The notes under the pieces are model-generated. The model searched no databases. It was not told the DNA's origin and saw only the letters and a list, made by a program, of their open reading frames with translations. The translations under genes were made by a program, and so were the position numbers. From the IMG/VR virus record IMGVR_UViG_3300045988_137032, positions 96,001-160,000 of that record: a stretch of DNA of 64,000 nt. The stretch is one strand, 5' to 3'. Origin of the DNA: a virus. Positions 9,984 through 19,035 of this stretch are shown piece by piece (position 1 is the first letter of the stretch; each line of letters begins with the position of its first letter).

Positions 9984-10165
9984 TAATCTACCTCCTTAGC
10001 ATCAATCGTTATAAATATTGGAACTTGCGGAATATATCCGCATTCTTTACATGGTATCATATCTAGTCCAGCGTGATATGTTTTACCACATTTACATTGG
10101 TAAAATTGTATAGATGTACGTATTCCTCCATCAATGATTTTTATAATTTGAGTTTCTACTTTCAT
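9983..10165 (-). CDS. small zinc-ribbon protein
   Basis: 60 aa with CKCG...CKECG. AAAGGAGG SD. 1-nt overlap with the rnhA start. Confidence 0.5.
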   Translation of the reverse strand: MKVETQIIKIIDGGIRTSIQFYQCKCGKTYHAGLDMIPCKECGYIPQVPIFITIDAKEVD

Positions 10166-10275
10166 ATTTCAACCTCCTTTCTAAGCTTCAAAGTTATAAC
10201 ATATCAATCAAAAGTTTCATTGATTAAAATGAATATCATGTGATACTTGTAAGTAATTAAGCTACGTAGAAAGGA

Positions 10276-10707
10276 ATGGTTAGTGTGTTTACAGTAAAGA
10301 CTCCTCCCTATAATTATATGGCAGCAGATGATGACGAACTTGATAAACCTTTCAATTACAACATGGAGAATCATAGCGAGTGTCCATATAAACCTTATGG
10401 AAATAAACTTGATATCCATTACGCTTATGAGTATGATAGAGCAATAACGGATATCTTTCAGGATATGGAAAAGCGTACTAATGAAGGTGTTATGCTCGTG
10501 AGAAAAGATGTTGGTTCTTACTTCATTACAGTTCTCTATTATATCAGGAGATATGAATCGTATTTCGTAAGTAGAGTTTGTTTTGACAGGCTAAATGAGT
10601 TCAAAGAAGAATTAACTCGTCTTGCATTTGATAAAGAAGTCATGCATTACAGTGGACTGAGATATAGTATATTTACTGATGCATATTTTGAATACTGCCG
10701 TCGATAA
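10276..10707 (+). CDS. hypothetical protein
   Basis: 143-aa ORF. The SD is too close to the ATG at 10276, so the GTG at 10285 is an alternative start. Confidence 0.55.
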   Translation: MVSVFTVKTPPYNYMAADDDELDKPFNYNMENHSECPYKPYGNKLDIHYAYEYDRAITDIFQDMEKRTNEGVMLVRKDVGSYFITVLYYIRRYESYFVSRVCFDRLNEFKEELTRLAFDKEVMHYSGLRYSIFTDAYFEYCRR

Positions 10708-10710
10708 AAA

Positions 10711-10744
10711 AAGAAGTGCTATAGTTTCGACTATAGCACTTCTT
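10711..10744 (+). terminator. rho-independent terminator
   Basis: AAGAAGTGCTATAGT ttcg ACTATAGCACTTCTT followed by TT. Confidence 0.65.
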
Positions 10745-10792
10745 TTGACATTAGTTTAAGCTTCATTTATTAGAGAAAGGAGAGATTCAAGT

Positions 10793-12019
10793 ATGGCTAT
10801 TTTAATCAATGAGCAAAAGCTCATGGATGATAATGCGTTTAAATTTGAGAATCGATTGAATACTCAGATTACACGCTTTCTCGATAAATCTCCTGTATTT
10901 GTCACATACTACCATGTGAGTGCAGATGAGGTCACAACTGATGGCGGATACAAAGACGTAGAAGAAATCTACGGTAAGAATTCACCTCTTCGTTATAAGA
11001 AGATTGAGAATTTCCCTCTGTATGGATTGGATACAGTCCAGCTTGCTATTCAGGATACAGATCAAGGTCTTGATACAGATTATCAGGGAGATGCAGTATC
11101 TCTTCCCAATACAATCAAACCTCTTCAGAATGACTTCTTTACCATCAATCATGTAAAGAAAGGAACTTTCCTTTTCCGTGTCATTCAGGTTGATTATGAT
11201 AATATTAGACCGGATAACTTCTATAAGATTACCTATCGTTTGGAATCTCTTGAAGAATCCGTTTTGAATAATATCAATGATCAAGTTAATGAGAAATACA
11301 CTTGCATCTTAGAGAATATTGGTAGTGAGAATAACTGTATCATCGAAGAAAGTTACTATGAGCAATTACAGAAAGTGGATGCACTTTACAATGACATGGT
11401 TGATACGTATAAGAGTATCTTCTATAGTCCTCGGTATAATTGCTTCTTAGGTGAGACTGCAATTGGTATGAAGATCTATGATCCGTTGCAGTCCGTTTTC
11501 ATGAATAAGCACGGCCTTCTCACACGAGCTACTGATCTGAGTGCTATCATGCTGACTGAGATGTTTGCTGATAGGAAGCGTCAGATTAAATACGAGAGAA
11601 GTATTTACCGTTTCTTTGAGCGTAGAGATCTCAGTATTATCAGTAACTTCAAGTATTATCTGTATCAGGGAATGGATCGAAAAGATTCTGCATTCTATAT
11701 GTGGCAGGATGAATCTGTCATGTATGTGGAAGTACCTGAGAAGGCTGTATTCGATAAGAATGCTCCAAATGAGCTTCTTCCTATCGAACTCGTAAATAGC
11801 TTCAAGATGAATGCACCTACAGTGTCTCCGTATGTAGATCTCATGCAGAAGTTTATCCGTAAGGATCCTCTTACCATTTACGATATTCCTCTTAACTTAA
11901 ATGAGGAACTTCTTAAATTGGATGCAAATGAGGAAGTGTATTTCTATACACCGATTCTTCTGTATATCATCAAATCTGTCACGGAAGAATTCCTTCATAC
12001 GAAGAAATCCATTTCATAA
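10793..12019 (+). CDS. hypothetical protein
   Basis: 408-aa ORF with AAAGGAG SD. Lies between the RNAP genes. Confidence 0.7.
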   Translation: MAILINEQKLMDDNAFKFENRLNTQITRFLDKSPVFVTYYHVSADEVTTDGGYKDVEEIYGKNSPLRYKKIENFPLYGLDTVQLAIQDTDQGLDTDYQGDAVSLPNTIKPLQNDFFTINHVKKGTFLFRVIQVDYDNIRPDNFYKITYRLESLEESVLNNINDQVNEKYTCILENIGSENNCIIEESYYEQLQKVDALYNDMVDTYKSIFYSPRYNCFLGETAIGMKIYDPLQSVFMNKHGLLTRATDLSAIMLTEMFADRKRQIKYERSIYRFFERRDLSIISNFKYYLYQGMDRKDSAFYMWQDESVMYVEVPEKAVFDKNAPNELLPIELVNSFKMNAPTVSPYVDLMQKFIRKDPLTIYDIPLNLNEELLKLDANEEVYFYTPILLYIIKSVTEEFLHTKKSIS

Positions 12020-12026
12020 CAAAAAA

Positions 12027-12066
12027 AATCCACAGTGAGTAATCATTTAGATACTCACTGTGGATT
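12027..12066. terminator. bidirectional terminator between convergent genes
   Basis: AATCCACAGTGAGTA/TACTCACTGTGGATT stem with an A-run before and a T-run after. Confidence 0.7.
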
Positions 12067-12073
12067 TTATCAG

Positions 12074-14368
12074 TTAGGCTTCTCCGCGAAGACCAGTCTC
12101 ATCAACTACGGTATCCTCCTTAAAGGCGGGTACATTATCGTACTCACTCTTATCAGGACCAATCACGTAGTCGGTGTTCTTAAGCTGCTCCATAACAAGC
12201 TTCTTGAACTCATCAGCATCCATAAGTCCCTGATTTGCAAGGACTTCTTTCTCGATTTCCTTCTTACGCTTGAGAAGCATGAATTGATATTCGGTGCACA
12301 TATACTCCTCATCATCCAGAGTATATACGTTGATGTGATCATCGTCATATTCCCGAATCTCATCTTCATCGTCTACGAATTCAATCTTGATGCCAAGACT
12401 CTTCAGATAGACAGCAAAGATTTCATTGACACGTGAAGTGTATGTCTTAGGCAGGACAAATTCATCCTTACCCTCAACAAGGTTCTTTGCGAGATCACGA
12501 CGAGCACCAGAAGATGCACGATAGAACAGGTTGAACAGCTGGATATCTTCAGGCTCCACCGCAATAGAGAAGTTGAGCGTCTCAAACTCGCCAAAACGAA
12601 TCGGAGTAGAAGACCGAAGCTCTGTGAAGTTCTTATTCCGGTAACTTCTTTCCGGAAGTCCCTTCGTATTCACAGAACCAGTGCTACGAACACTGAAGCC
12701 CTTACGAGAAGTCTGCTTCAGTTTCAAGATGTACATCTCTCCACAATACATGGGATTGAGCATCTTTATCTGACGACCAAACCGATTGATGTAAACATCG
12801 TAGGGTTTCAGGAAATCGTACTTATCGAAAATCTTAAGGAACCGATAGAAGATAGGTTCATGCTCCCACATAGGTTTCTGATGAATATAGATACGATTAT
12901 TCATTGCATCGTTGATATAATCATCTTTATCCTTTTCAGAGAGCTTGTCGTAGACTTCCTTCATACGATCGTGCTGTTCGGGGTTAAAGTCGTTGATGAT
13001 ATCGAAAAGAAGTTTCTCACGTTCTTTCCGAGTTTTCTTCATCTTCATCTGATCACGGACTTTATTGCAGATGAAGTTGATTGTGATTTCATAGATTGGG
13101 AATGCAGTCGTACGGTTAATGATTGCCAACACATTGAAGAGCAAGTCAACCGTCACCTTATTACCACAATCATCGAAATAATACGGCATCTGGTCATCCG
13201 GACGAATCTCGGAAATAACGCATTTATTACCGTATCGACCAGTAATCTTCTGACCGATATCCAGATGGACAATACCCTTTACCGTAATCTCGATAAAGAC
13301 ATTGGAGAAGAGAGAATCCTGATTCTTCCAGCGCTTCGTATCATCAAGGAACTCAACTGCTCTCTTGTAGATATAATTGATTTCTTTAGAATACTTTGCG
13401 CCAGAATCAAAGATCTTCTCACAGGCATCTTTGATCTGTTCATAGTAGACTTTCTGGCTATTCAGATACTTCAGAATCTGATGGTTAAACGGAGTATCTT
13501 CCATTTCCGGATTATTCGAATAGATGGTAATATCCACAACCTGACCATTCTTGAAATACGAGATATCGCCTTCTCCACTACGAGACAAAGAGTCGTCTTT
13601 AAATTCACTCAGAAGCTGATCTTTGCTAAGAGCACGTTTTGCTGCTACTTCGCCAGTAGCATATTCTCCAATATCAGGGAACGGCTTATACTCACCGTCT
13701 TCACCATAAAGATTCAGAAGGAATTCGTTGTCGTTCACACTAATAGGAACCTGATTGATTTCGATGCTGTCCATTTTATTCCGCATGCTCTCGGAAATAA
13801 CAGCAGCATCTTCGGACGTGGAGGAATCTGTCACATACATAATGTGGACGTTCTTACCATAACCATAGTTCATGGTTTCATCGTAAGAACGAGACTTCTT
13901 TACAACAGTACCCTTCGGAATCTTATCGCCAATATCGAGTCCATCAATGTACTCGTTATTGTATTCGTATCCGAAGACTTCTGTCAGAGATTCGGAATCT
14001 CCGCGTTTCCATACTTCGTAATAGTCGTTTTTCTTGTCATACACGAAAAGCATGTAAGTAGTAGGATGATCAACGATATCCTCATACTTTACAACTTTAT
14101 CAACGACAACATAGTTACCTTTTGCTTCCCGATAACCACTAGAATGCTTACCAACGACATTTTCGCCATTGGTAAAGACACCAGGAAAGTCAGGGTTTAA
14201 AAGGTTCACAGTCTGCCGAAGATGAGAGGTAAACATAATGGAACGCATTGATGAGTTATACTGTGGAATACCCATCATGGTCATGCCGATTAAGCTATTA
14301 GAACCTTGCAGTTCTTCATTTGCTCTAAGCAGCATTTCCTTGTTAGAATACTTGACGTTTTCTGCCAT
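12074..14368 (-). CDS. multisubunit RNA polymerase beta-like subunit
   Basis: MRSIMFTSHLRQTVNL resembles RALMGxNMQRQAVPL. GQKITGRYGNKCVISEIRPDDQMPY resembles GDKxAGRHGNKGVxSxIxPxEDMPY. AGGAGG SD. Confidence 0.8.
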   Translation of the reverse strand: MAENVKYSNKEMLLRANEELQGSNSLIGMTMMGIPQYNSSMRSIMFTSHLRQTVNLLNPDFPGVFTNGENVVGKHSSGYREAKGNYVVVDKVVKYEDIVDHPTTYMLFVYDKKNDYYEVWKRGDSESLTEVFGYEYNNEYIDGLDIGDKIPKGTVVKKSRSYDETMNYGYGKNVHIMYVTDSSTSEDAAVISESMRNKMDSIEINQVPISVNDNEFLLNLYGEDGEYKPFPDIGEYATGEVAAKRALSKDQLLSEFKDDSLSRSGEGDISYFKNGQVVDITIYSNNPEMEDTPFNHQILKYLNSQKVYYEQIKDACEKIFDSGAKYSKEINYIYKRAVEFLDDTKRWKNQDSLFSNVFIEITVKGIVHLDIGQKITGRYGNKCVISEIRPDDQMPYYFDDCGNKVTVDLLFNVLAIINRTTAFPIYEITINFICNKVRDQMKMKKTRKEREKLLFDIINDFNPEQHDRMKEVYDKLSEKDKDDYINDAMNNRIYIHQKPMWEHEPIFYRFLKIFDKYDFLKPYDVYINRFGRQIKMLNPMYCGEMYILKLKQTSRKGFSVRSTGSVNTKGLPERSYRNKNFTELRSSTPIRFGEFETLNFSIAVEPEDIQLFNLFYRASSGARRDLAKNLVEGKDEFVLPKTYTSRVNEIFAVYLKSLGIKIEFVDDEDEIREYDDDHINVYTLDDEEYMCTEYQFMLLKRKKEIEKEVLANQGLMDADEFKKLVMEQLKNTDYVIGPDKSEYDNVPAFKEDTVVDETGLRGEA

Positions 14369-14491
14369 AGTAACCTCCTAAAGAAAATAAGTTTCATGAT
14401 AGAAAGATTCCTTTATAGATCTATCACATGGGTATAACATATAATTTGAATGCTATATTGGTTGAAAATTATATGGATACCATTATAAAAT

Positions 14492-14595
14492 ACGTCAATG
14501 AGAATATTGATTATCAGGCAATATTCTCATTGACGTATTTTACCGTAAAGTCTCGATTTATAATGATATATTATAATGGTGAATAAAAAGAAGGG
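14492..14595 (+). promoter_or_regulatory. hairpin plus conserved ~57-bp promoter-like module (copy 1 of 3)
   Basis: Perfect 18-bp stem (14492-14536), then TTTTACCGTAAAGTCTCGATTTATAATGATATATTATAATGGTGAATAAAAAGAAGG. Near-identical blocks occur at 15358 and 62646. Confidence 0.55.
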
Positions 14596-14650
14596 AATAG
14601 AAATATAACCTTCGAAAATTAACTTTGTATGATCCTAAGGAGGAATCACT

Positions 14651-15004
14651 ATGAGTGCAATCATTATCGTTAAGGAACAGATCAGCTGGAGCTACGACGT
14701 TTCTGATCCCCCTACTATCAGAAGCGTTGATGTATCCGCGTATACCACTCAGGAAGACGCGGTGAAAGGTCTTCACATGTTCATGAACCTTCAGCTCAAA
14801 GAAGATAAAGATCGTCCAACCAGCGTATACAAGCGTGAGGTTGTGTATGATAAAGGGGACCGGGCTAAGATTCGGATATACTATCACCCCAGTAAGCGAG
14901 AGCTGAAGCAGAACCCGGAATGCCCTGACCACATTAGAGAGATTCTGTACACGACCGATGTGATCGGCCTTAATGTAGGATCCGATCGCAATTACGAACT
15001 GTAA
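14651..15004 (+). CDS. hypothetical protein
   Basis: 117-aa ORF with AAGGAGG SD. G/C-ending codon bias compared with its neighbours. Confidence 0.7.
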   Translation: MSAIIIVKEQISWSYDVSDPPTIRSVDVSAYTTQEDAVKGLHMFMNLQLKEDKDRPTSVYKREVVYDKGDRAKIRIYYHPSKRELKQNPECPDHIREILYTTDVIGLNVGSDRNYEL

Positions 15005-15017
15005 GGAGGAAATCACT

Positions 15018-15323
15018 ATGATGTTCGTTTACAACATGTTCCACAGCCTGCCCATGATTGATCAGGTTCTGATCCTGACGATCGTTTCCATCAAGCTCGT
15101 CGACGGTATCTTCTGGATACGTCGGCTTTTCTGGATCGTGAAGACGGTCCTCAACAAAAGCTATGAGCTTCATGGCAACTACGACTGCATCGATGATGAC
15201 GTCGAGCTATTCATGAGCCGCAAAGGCTTCAGCGCTGAGATTGATGGAAAGACAAAGACCTTCGTCCGTGGCACTGAAGTCCTGAGTGAAGGCGAAGCAA
15301 TGATTGCTTTCGCTGAAGCTTAA
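15018..15323 (+). CDS. hypothetical protein with N-terminal hydrophobic helix
   Basis: 101-aa ORF with AAGGAGG SD. Hydrophobic segment VLILTIVSIKLVDGIFWI. Confidence 0.65.
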   Translation: MMFVYNMFHSLPMIDQVLILTIVSIKLVDGIFWIRRLFWIVKTVLNKSYELHGNYDCIDDDVELFMSRKGFSAEIDGKTKTFVRGTEVLSEGEAMIAFAEA

Positions 15324-15357
15324 TGTCCGCATATTATTATAAATCGAGACAACGCGA

Positions 15358-15414
15358 TTTACCGTAAAGTCTCGATTTATAATGATATATAATATATGTG
15401 AATAATAAGAAAGG
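15358..15414 (+). promoter_or_regulatory. conserved promoter-like module (copy 2 of 3)
   Basis: TTTACCGTAAAGTCTCGATTTATAATGATATATAATATATGTGAATAATAAGAAAGG. Confidence 0.55.
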
Positions 15415-15497
15415 AATAATAAAGCAAACGGCTTTAAAATATCCTTTCTATGATCCTGATTAGAAAGATCAGGAAAAGTACTAGGAGGTACTATAAT

Positions 15498-15818
15498 ATG
15501 TTTACTTTCAACAAGAAGTCCGCTGACACCACCACCGCTATGACCACTGGCGATCGTTTCCACTATCATGCCAAGAAGGCCCTGCACGATACCGCCATTG
15601 CATATGGTGGCAAGTGCGTTGTGGCCGCTGGCTATGGTTGCATCGCCGGTGGCTGTGGCGACAAGACCGCAACCAAGATCGGCCAGGGCACTGTCATGGT
15701 TGGCGGTGCTATGGCACTGGCAGGCTCTGTTGGTGCACTGTACCATGGCTACAAGGCCACGGCTGCAGCCATCGACTACAGCGCCGACAAGATGAATGAG
15801 CTGTACAAGGATCTCTAA
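15498..15818 (+). CDS. small Gly/Ala-rich protein, MFxFNKKSA family
   Basis: The ATG at 15498 has AGGAGG 8 nt upstream. MFTFNKKSAD N-terminus is shared with 15933. GC-rich biased codons. Confidence 0.7.
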   Translation: MFTFNKKSADTTTAMTTGDRFHYHAKKALHDTAIAYGGKCVVAAGYGCIAGGCGDKTATKIGQGTVMVGGAMALAGSVGALYHGYKATAAAIDYSADKMNELYKDL

Positions 15819-15932
15819 TCCCGACAGTTCATTCATCAATTTCTATGATCCAAAAGATGTTGCGATTGCAACATCTCAAAAATTAAGATAGTGCGCCCGA
15901 CACTATAAAGACTGGGAGAAAGTGAGAAAATT

Positions 15933-16367
15933 ATGTTCGGTTTTAACAAGAAGTCCGCCGCTAACTTCGAGAAGGATGTCAAGAAGTTCAACACTGCATC
16001 CGCAGTTACTGTTGCGGCTCACAAGGTTGCACACATCGGCTTTGGTACTGCAGGCGCAGCTACCACTGTCGTAGCAGGAAACTGCTACTATGCTTCTCAG
16101 AAGAAGCACATGAGCCGCAAGCAGCGGAAGCAGGGTCAGAAGATCAACCAGATGGCTACCGGAGTTGCCATCATTGGTGCTGGCATCGGCAGCGTTGCGA
16201 CTGTGATCGAAGCAGTTGCACAGCCGCTCCCGTTCGACCAGAGCAAGTACCTTTTCGATGATGATATCGACGGCCAGGTCGCTGAAGCAGAGGAAGTAGT
16301 CGATGCAAAGATCGCTCCCGAAGATACTGAGGAGACTCAGGAAGGCGCTGAGCAGAATGCTCAGTAA
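15933..16367 (+). CDS. small Gly/Ala-rich protein, MFxFNKKSA family, acidic tail
   Basis: MFGFNKKSAA N-terminus, a Gly/Ala hydrophobic stretch (VAIIGAGIGSVATVIEAV) and biased codons. Confidence 0.7.
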   Translation: MFGFNKKSAANFEKDVKKFNTASAVTVAAHKVAHIGFGTAGAATTVVAGNCYYASQKKHMSRKQRKQGQKINQMATGVAIIGAGIGSVATVIEAVAQPLPFDQSKYLFDDDIDGQVAEAEEVVDAKIAPEDTEETQEGAEQNAQ

Positions 16368-16384
16368 CCTTCACCATCCGCTAT

Positions 16385-16459
16385 ACGTGCTGGGAGTTGG
16401 ATACCCAGCACGTCCACCTTAATGATAGAAGAGCTGCAATAGTGGCTCTTCTTTTTTTC
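16385..16459 (+). terminator. two tandem hairpins, the second with a T-run
   Basis: ACGTGCTGGG/CCCAGCACGT, then AGAAGAGC/GCTCTTCT followed by TTTTTTT. Confidence 0.65.
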
Positions 16460-16809
16460 TTTTCGTTTATATATTATATACTAGGTAATACTTACAGACA
16501 GATAATAGAAAGGCGGTGAATAATATCCTTATGAATATCCAAAAGATATTAGAACTACCTACCATAGAAATAGTGATTTGCATATTGGTTGCTATTAACA
16601 TGAGACTATTATCGCTCATATCAAAACAGCATATACGTAAGCCGAGGAGAACTTATTCCGGAGCATGCGTTATATTAATTCTATTTTATATGATCCTGTG
16701 GGTGTTGAGCAATATGCAATGATGAATAGAATATCCCTCTGTATGAAAATACATGGGGATATTCTATTCTCATGTCCACATCAAGATAATGAAAGGAGTC
16801 TGATTATGT

Positions 16810-17154
16810 ATGCAAGAAATCAAATCAATCAAGTTCCACGGATACCTTGGATGGCTGGTGCTTAATACAGGAGAAGAGGTTCCATTGGATCCAGTAACGG
16901 ATAACAACATCATCGATCTTTGTTACAATAAGAAATCGAAGATATTGAAACCGTTACGGGATATCATGGAAGGAATTTACTTCTTAGTAGCCGAATCTCC
17001 ATTGTACCAGCATCCATTGAAAGGAAGAGCAGCTTTTGGCGTATACGTCATTCATTTGGCAACTATGAAATGTGCACCAAGTAAGTACAAAGAACTTGAT
17101 GGTACATACGTGCTATCGTACAACGATAATCGTGTTATGAAAGTGAGAAATTGA
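16810..17154 (+). CDS. hypothetical protein
   Basis: 114-aa ORF with AAAGGAG 12 nt upstream. Confidence 0.55.
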   Translation: MQEIKSIKFHGYLGWLVLNTGEEVPLDPVTDNNIIDLCYNKKSKILKPLRDIMEGIYFLVAESPLYQHPLKGRAAFGVYVIHLATMKCAPSKYKELDGTYVLSYNDNRVMKVRN

Positions 17155-17156
17155 TT

Positions 17157-17489
17157 ATGGCTAACAACAACGCAGTATATCAGCAGATGACAAACGTCAG
17201 CATTCCTCGTGATCGTTTGATGTGGCTCGCAGCAGATGATGCTATGAGTAAGAAAGCATACAAGGTAATGCTTTGCTTATTTACTCAGCTGGATGGGTAT
17301 AATAAGATTACCCAAAGACGTACGAAGGATCCTCTCAACTTCAAGATGATCGATTTCAAGGCAATTTCCAGTGCAATCGGTGTTTCCAAGAAAGAAGTGA
17401 AAGAAATCGTCGGTGAACTCATTGATGCAGATTATATTGAGATGGGTTCTTCCGATACGATCAATGAGGGATATCGTTTTACCTTCTAA
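17157..17489 (+). CDS. putative winged-helix DNA-binding protein
   Basis: An MarR/replication-initiator-like wHTH is suggested by KAYKVMLCLFTQLD...FKAISSAIGVSKKEVKEIVGELIDADYIE. Confidence 0.4.
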   Translation: MANNNAVYQQMTNVSIPRDRLMWLAADDAMSKKAYKVMLCLFTQLDGYNKITQRRTKDPLNFKMIDFKAISSAIGVSKKEVKEIVGELIDADYIEMGSSDTINEGYRFTF

Positions 17490-17530
17490 AAACAATGGTT
17501 TAATCTTTTTAGAAAGGAGATGAAATTTAT

Positions 17531-17977
17531 ATGTCTAAGAATAAGAACCGTTCTACGGTTACATTCTCAAATGAGAGCAAGAATACTTCTCCTGAAGTTG
17601 AAAAGCTCTCTGCTATGGTGGATAACGGACAAGTTAATATGGAAGCACTTGACGAAGTTACACCTATTATGGTTTCTGCGGAAGAAGTCCCTCCGATGGT
17701 TATTAACCCGGAAGTGGTAATCACACCGAAGCCTTTTACAATTCCTGATCCCATAATTGATACATACAATATCAAGATGGAGCCTAAGTTCTTTCAGATG
17801 GGCGATATCGTGCGGATTAAGGAAAATACCACAAAGACTGCAACTGGAGCAAATCTCCCTGATTTCGCTCTGAAGAATACTTATCGGGTTTCTAAGATTC
17901 TCGATGATCGTATTATCATTAAAGCTGGTTTCTACCAGACTGCAGTCACCATGAATGATTTAGTATTCGTGGATTAA
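17531..17977 (+). CDS. hypothetical protein, disordered N-terminus, SH3-like C-terminus (weak)
   Basis: 148-aa ORF with AAAGGAG SD. Lies immediately upstream of the cell-wall hydrolase. Confidence 0.6.
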   Translation: MSKNKNRSTVTFSNESKNTSPEVEKLSAMVDNGQVNMEALDEVTPIMVSAEEVPPMVINPEVVITPKPFTIPDPIIDTYNIKMEPKFFQMGDIVRIKENTTKTATGANLPDFALKNTYRVSKILDDRIIIKAGFYQTAVTMNDLVFVD

Positions 17978-18108
17978 CCAATAAATAGGTTCGTTGAATA
18001 TTTGGTATAAGCGCTTAGACATATCTGATTTTCATCAGGAGTCTACAGCGCTTATACCTTTTATTCGTTCAAACACACATGGTGTCAAAATACGAGGTGA
18101 TATAAACC

Positions 18109-19020
18109 ATGGTTACATTAATGCTTATTGTTTTAGCTTGTCTTTTCGTATTCACCGGCAAGCCCGTTATCAAGCATCTTGAGAAGAGCTATACTCGAAT
18201 GGCTATTGTCATTCTGTATGCTTGCTCTCTGTGGGTTGGAATCGCAACCATCAATCTTGTTGCTCCCACATTTTCTGAGAGCGTAGGTCTATTTAATTTT
18301 GGTCTACGCGCTTATGCATTGGAACCTTCCAATGTCGAAGATGATTCTGAAGAGAATGGAATCATGAATATTTTAAACTTCTTCAATATTTACAAGGTGG
18401 ATGTGAAATCGGATAGTGAGGTAGTAGAATCTATCGTAAATCCTAATCCGATTGTAGAAGAAATGGCTACATCCACAAATACAGATCCCCTTGCAGCGAA
18501 TACTACATACGAAGAAGAAGTAAACCCCGATGAAGTTCAAGGACCTCCGTGTCTTGGTTCTTTTGTAGATGAAGTTCCTGCAACTCCCACCACGAATGAG
18601 GTAAAGCAGGTTGCAACCGCTACGAATATTTCCAGCAAGAAGTCCTATAAATATAACCTTAGTGAAGCTGATAAAATTGCCCTTCAGAAAGTGGCTCTCG
18701 CTGAAGCTAAGTGTGATGGCGTGAAGGGTATGGCTCTCGTTATGAAAGTCATTCTGAATCGTCTTGATTCCCCGAAGTTCCCGAATAGTGTAACAGCAAT
18801 CGTTGCACAGAAAAATCAGTTCAGCACTTATTATAATGGAACTTATCATAAGGCAAAGCTTTGTGATGAAAGTTATGAAGCTTTAGAACTGGTACTTACC
18901 GGATGGGATGAAAGTAATGGTGCTCTGTATTTTGAGCATAATCCAAAAGGTAAAGCCACATGGCAGAGAAAGAACTTGACTACTCTGTTTACGTATAAGG
19001 GTCATACCTTTAGCAAATAA
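18109..19020 (+). CDS. SleB/CwlJ-type cell wall hydrolase with N-terminal membrane anchor
   Basis: ALQKVALAEAKCDGVKGMALVMKVILNRLDSPKFPNSVTAIVAQKNQFS fits the Hydrolase_2 (SleB) signature. Two hydrophobic N-terminal segments. Confidence 0.7.
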   Translation: MVTLMLIVLACLFVFTGKPVIKHLEKSYTRMAIVILYACSLWVGIATINLVAPTFSESVGLFNFGLRAYALEPSNVEDDSEENGIMNILNFFNIYKVDVKSDSEVVESIVNPNPIVEEMATSTNTDPLAANTTYEEEVNPDEVQGPPCLGSFVDEVPATPTTNEVKQVATATNISSKKSYKYNLSEADKIALQKVALAEAKCDGVKGMALVMKVILNRLDSPKFPNSVTAIVAQKNQFSTYYNGTYHKAKLCDESYEALELVLTGWDESNGALYFEHNPKGKATWQRKNLTTLFTYKGHTFSK

Positions 19021-19035
19021 GTAGTCGTGAAATTA

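Noticed and set aside
12860-14200. 446-aa plus-strand ORF inside the beta-like gene
   Set aside because: It is antisense to a gene with clear RpoB motifs. Its sequence is Ile/Phe-rich and low-complexity, with no SD.
15207-15839. 210-aa minus-strand ORF and several overlapping plus-strand ORFs in the GC-rich patch
   Set aside because: They are an artefact of locally high GC. Only the frame starting at 15498 has an SD and a paralog (15933).
16516-16865. Small ORFs 16516..16722 and 16665..16865 between the Gly/Ala-rich genes and 16810
   Set aside because: Start context is weak (the SD is too far away or absent) and the frames overlap. A 63-aa two-helix membrane peptide from the ATG at 16531 is possible but unsupported.
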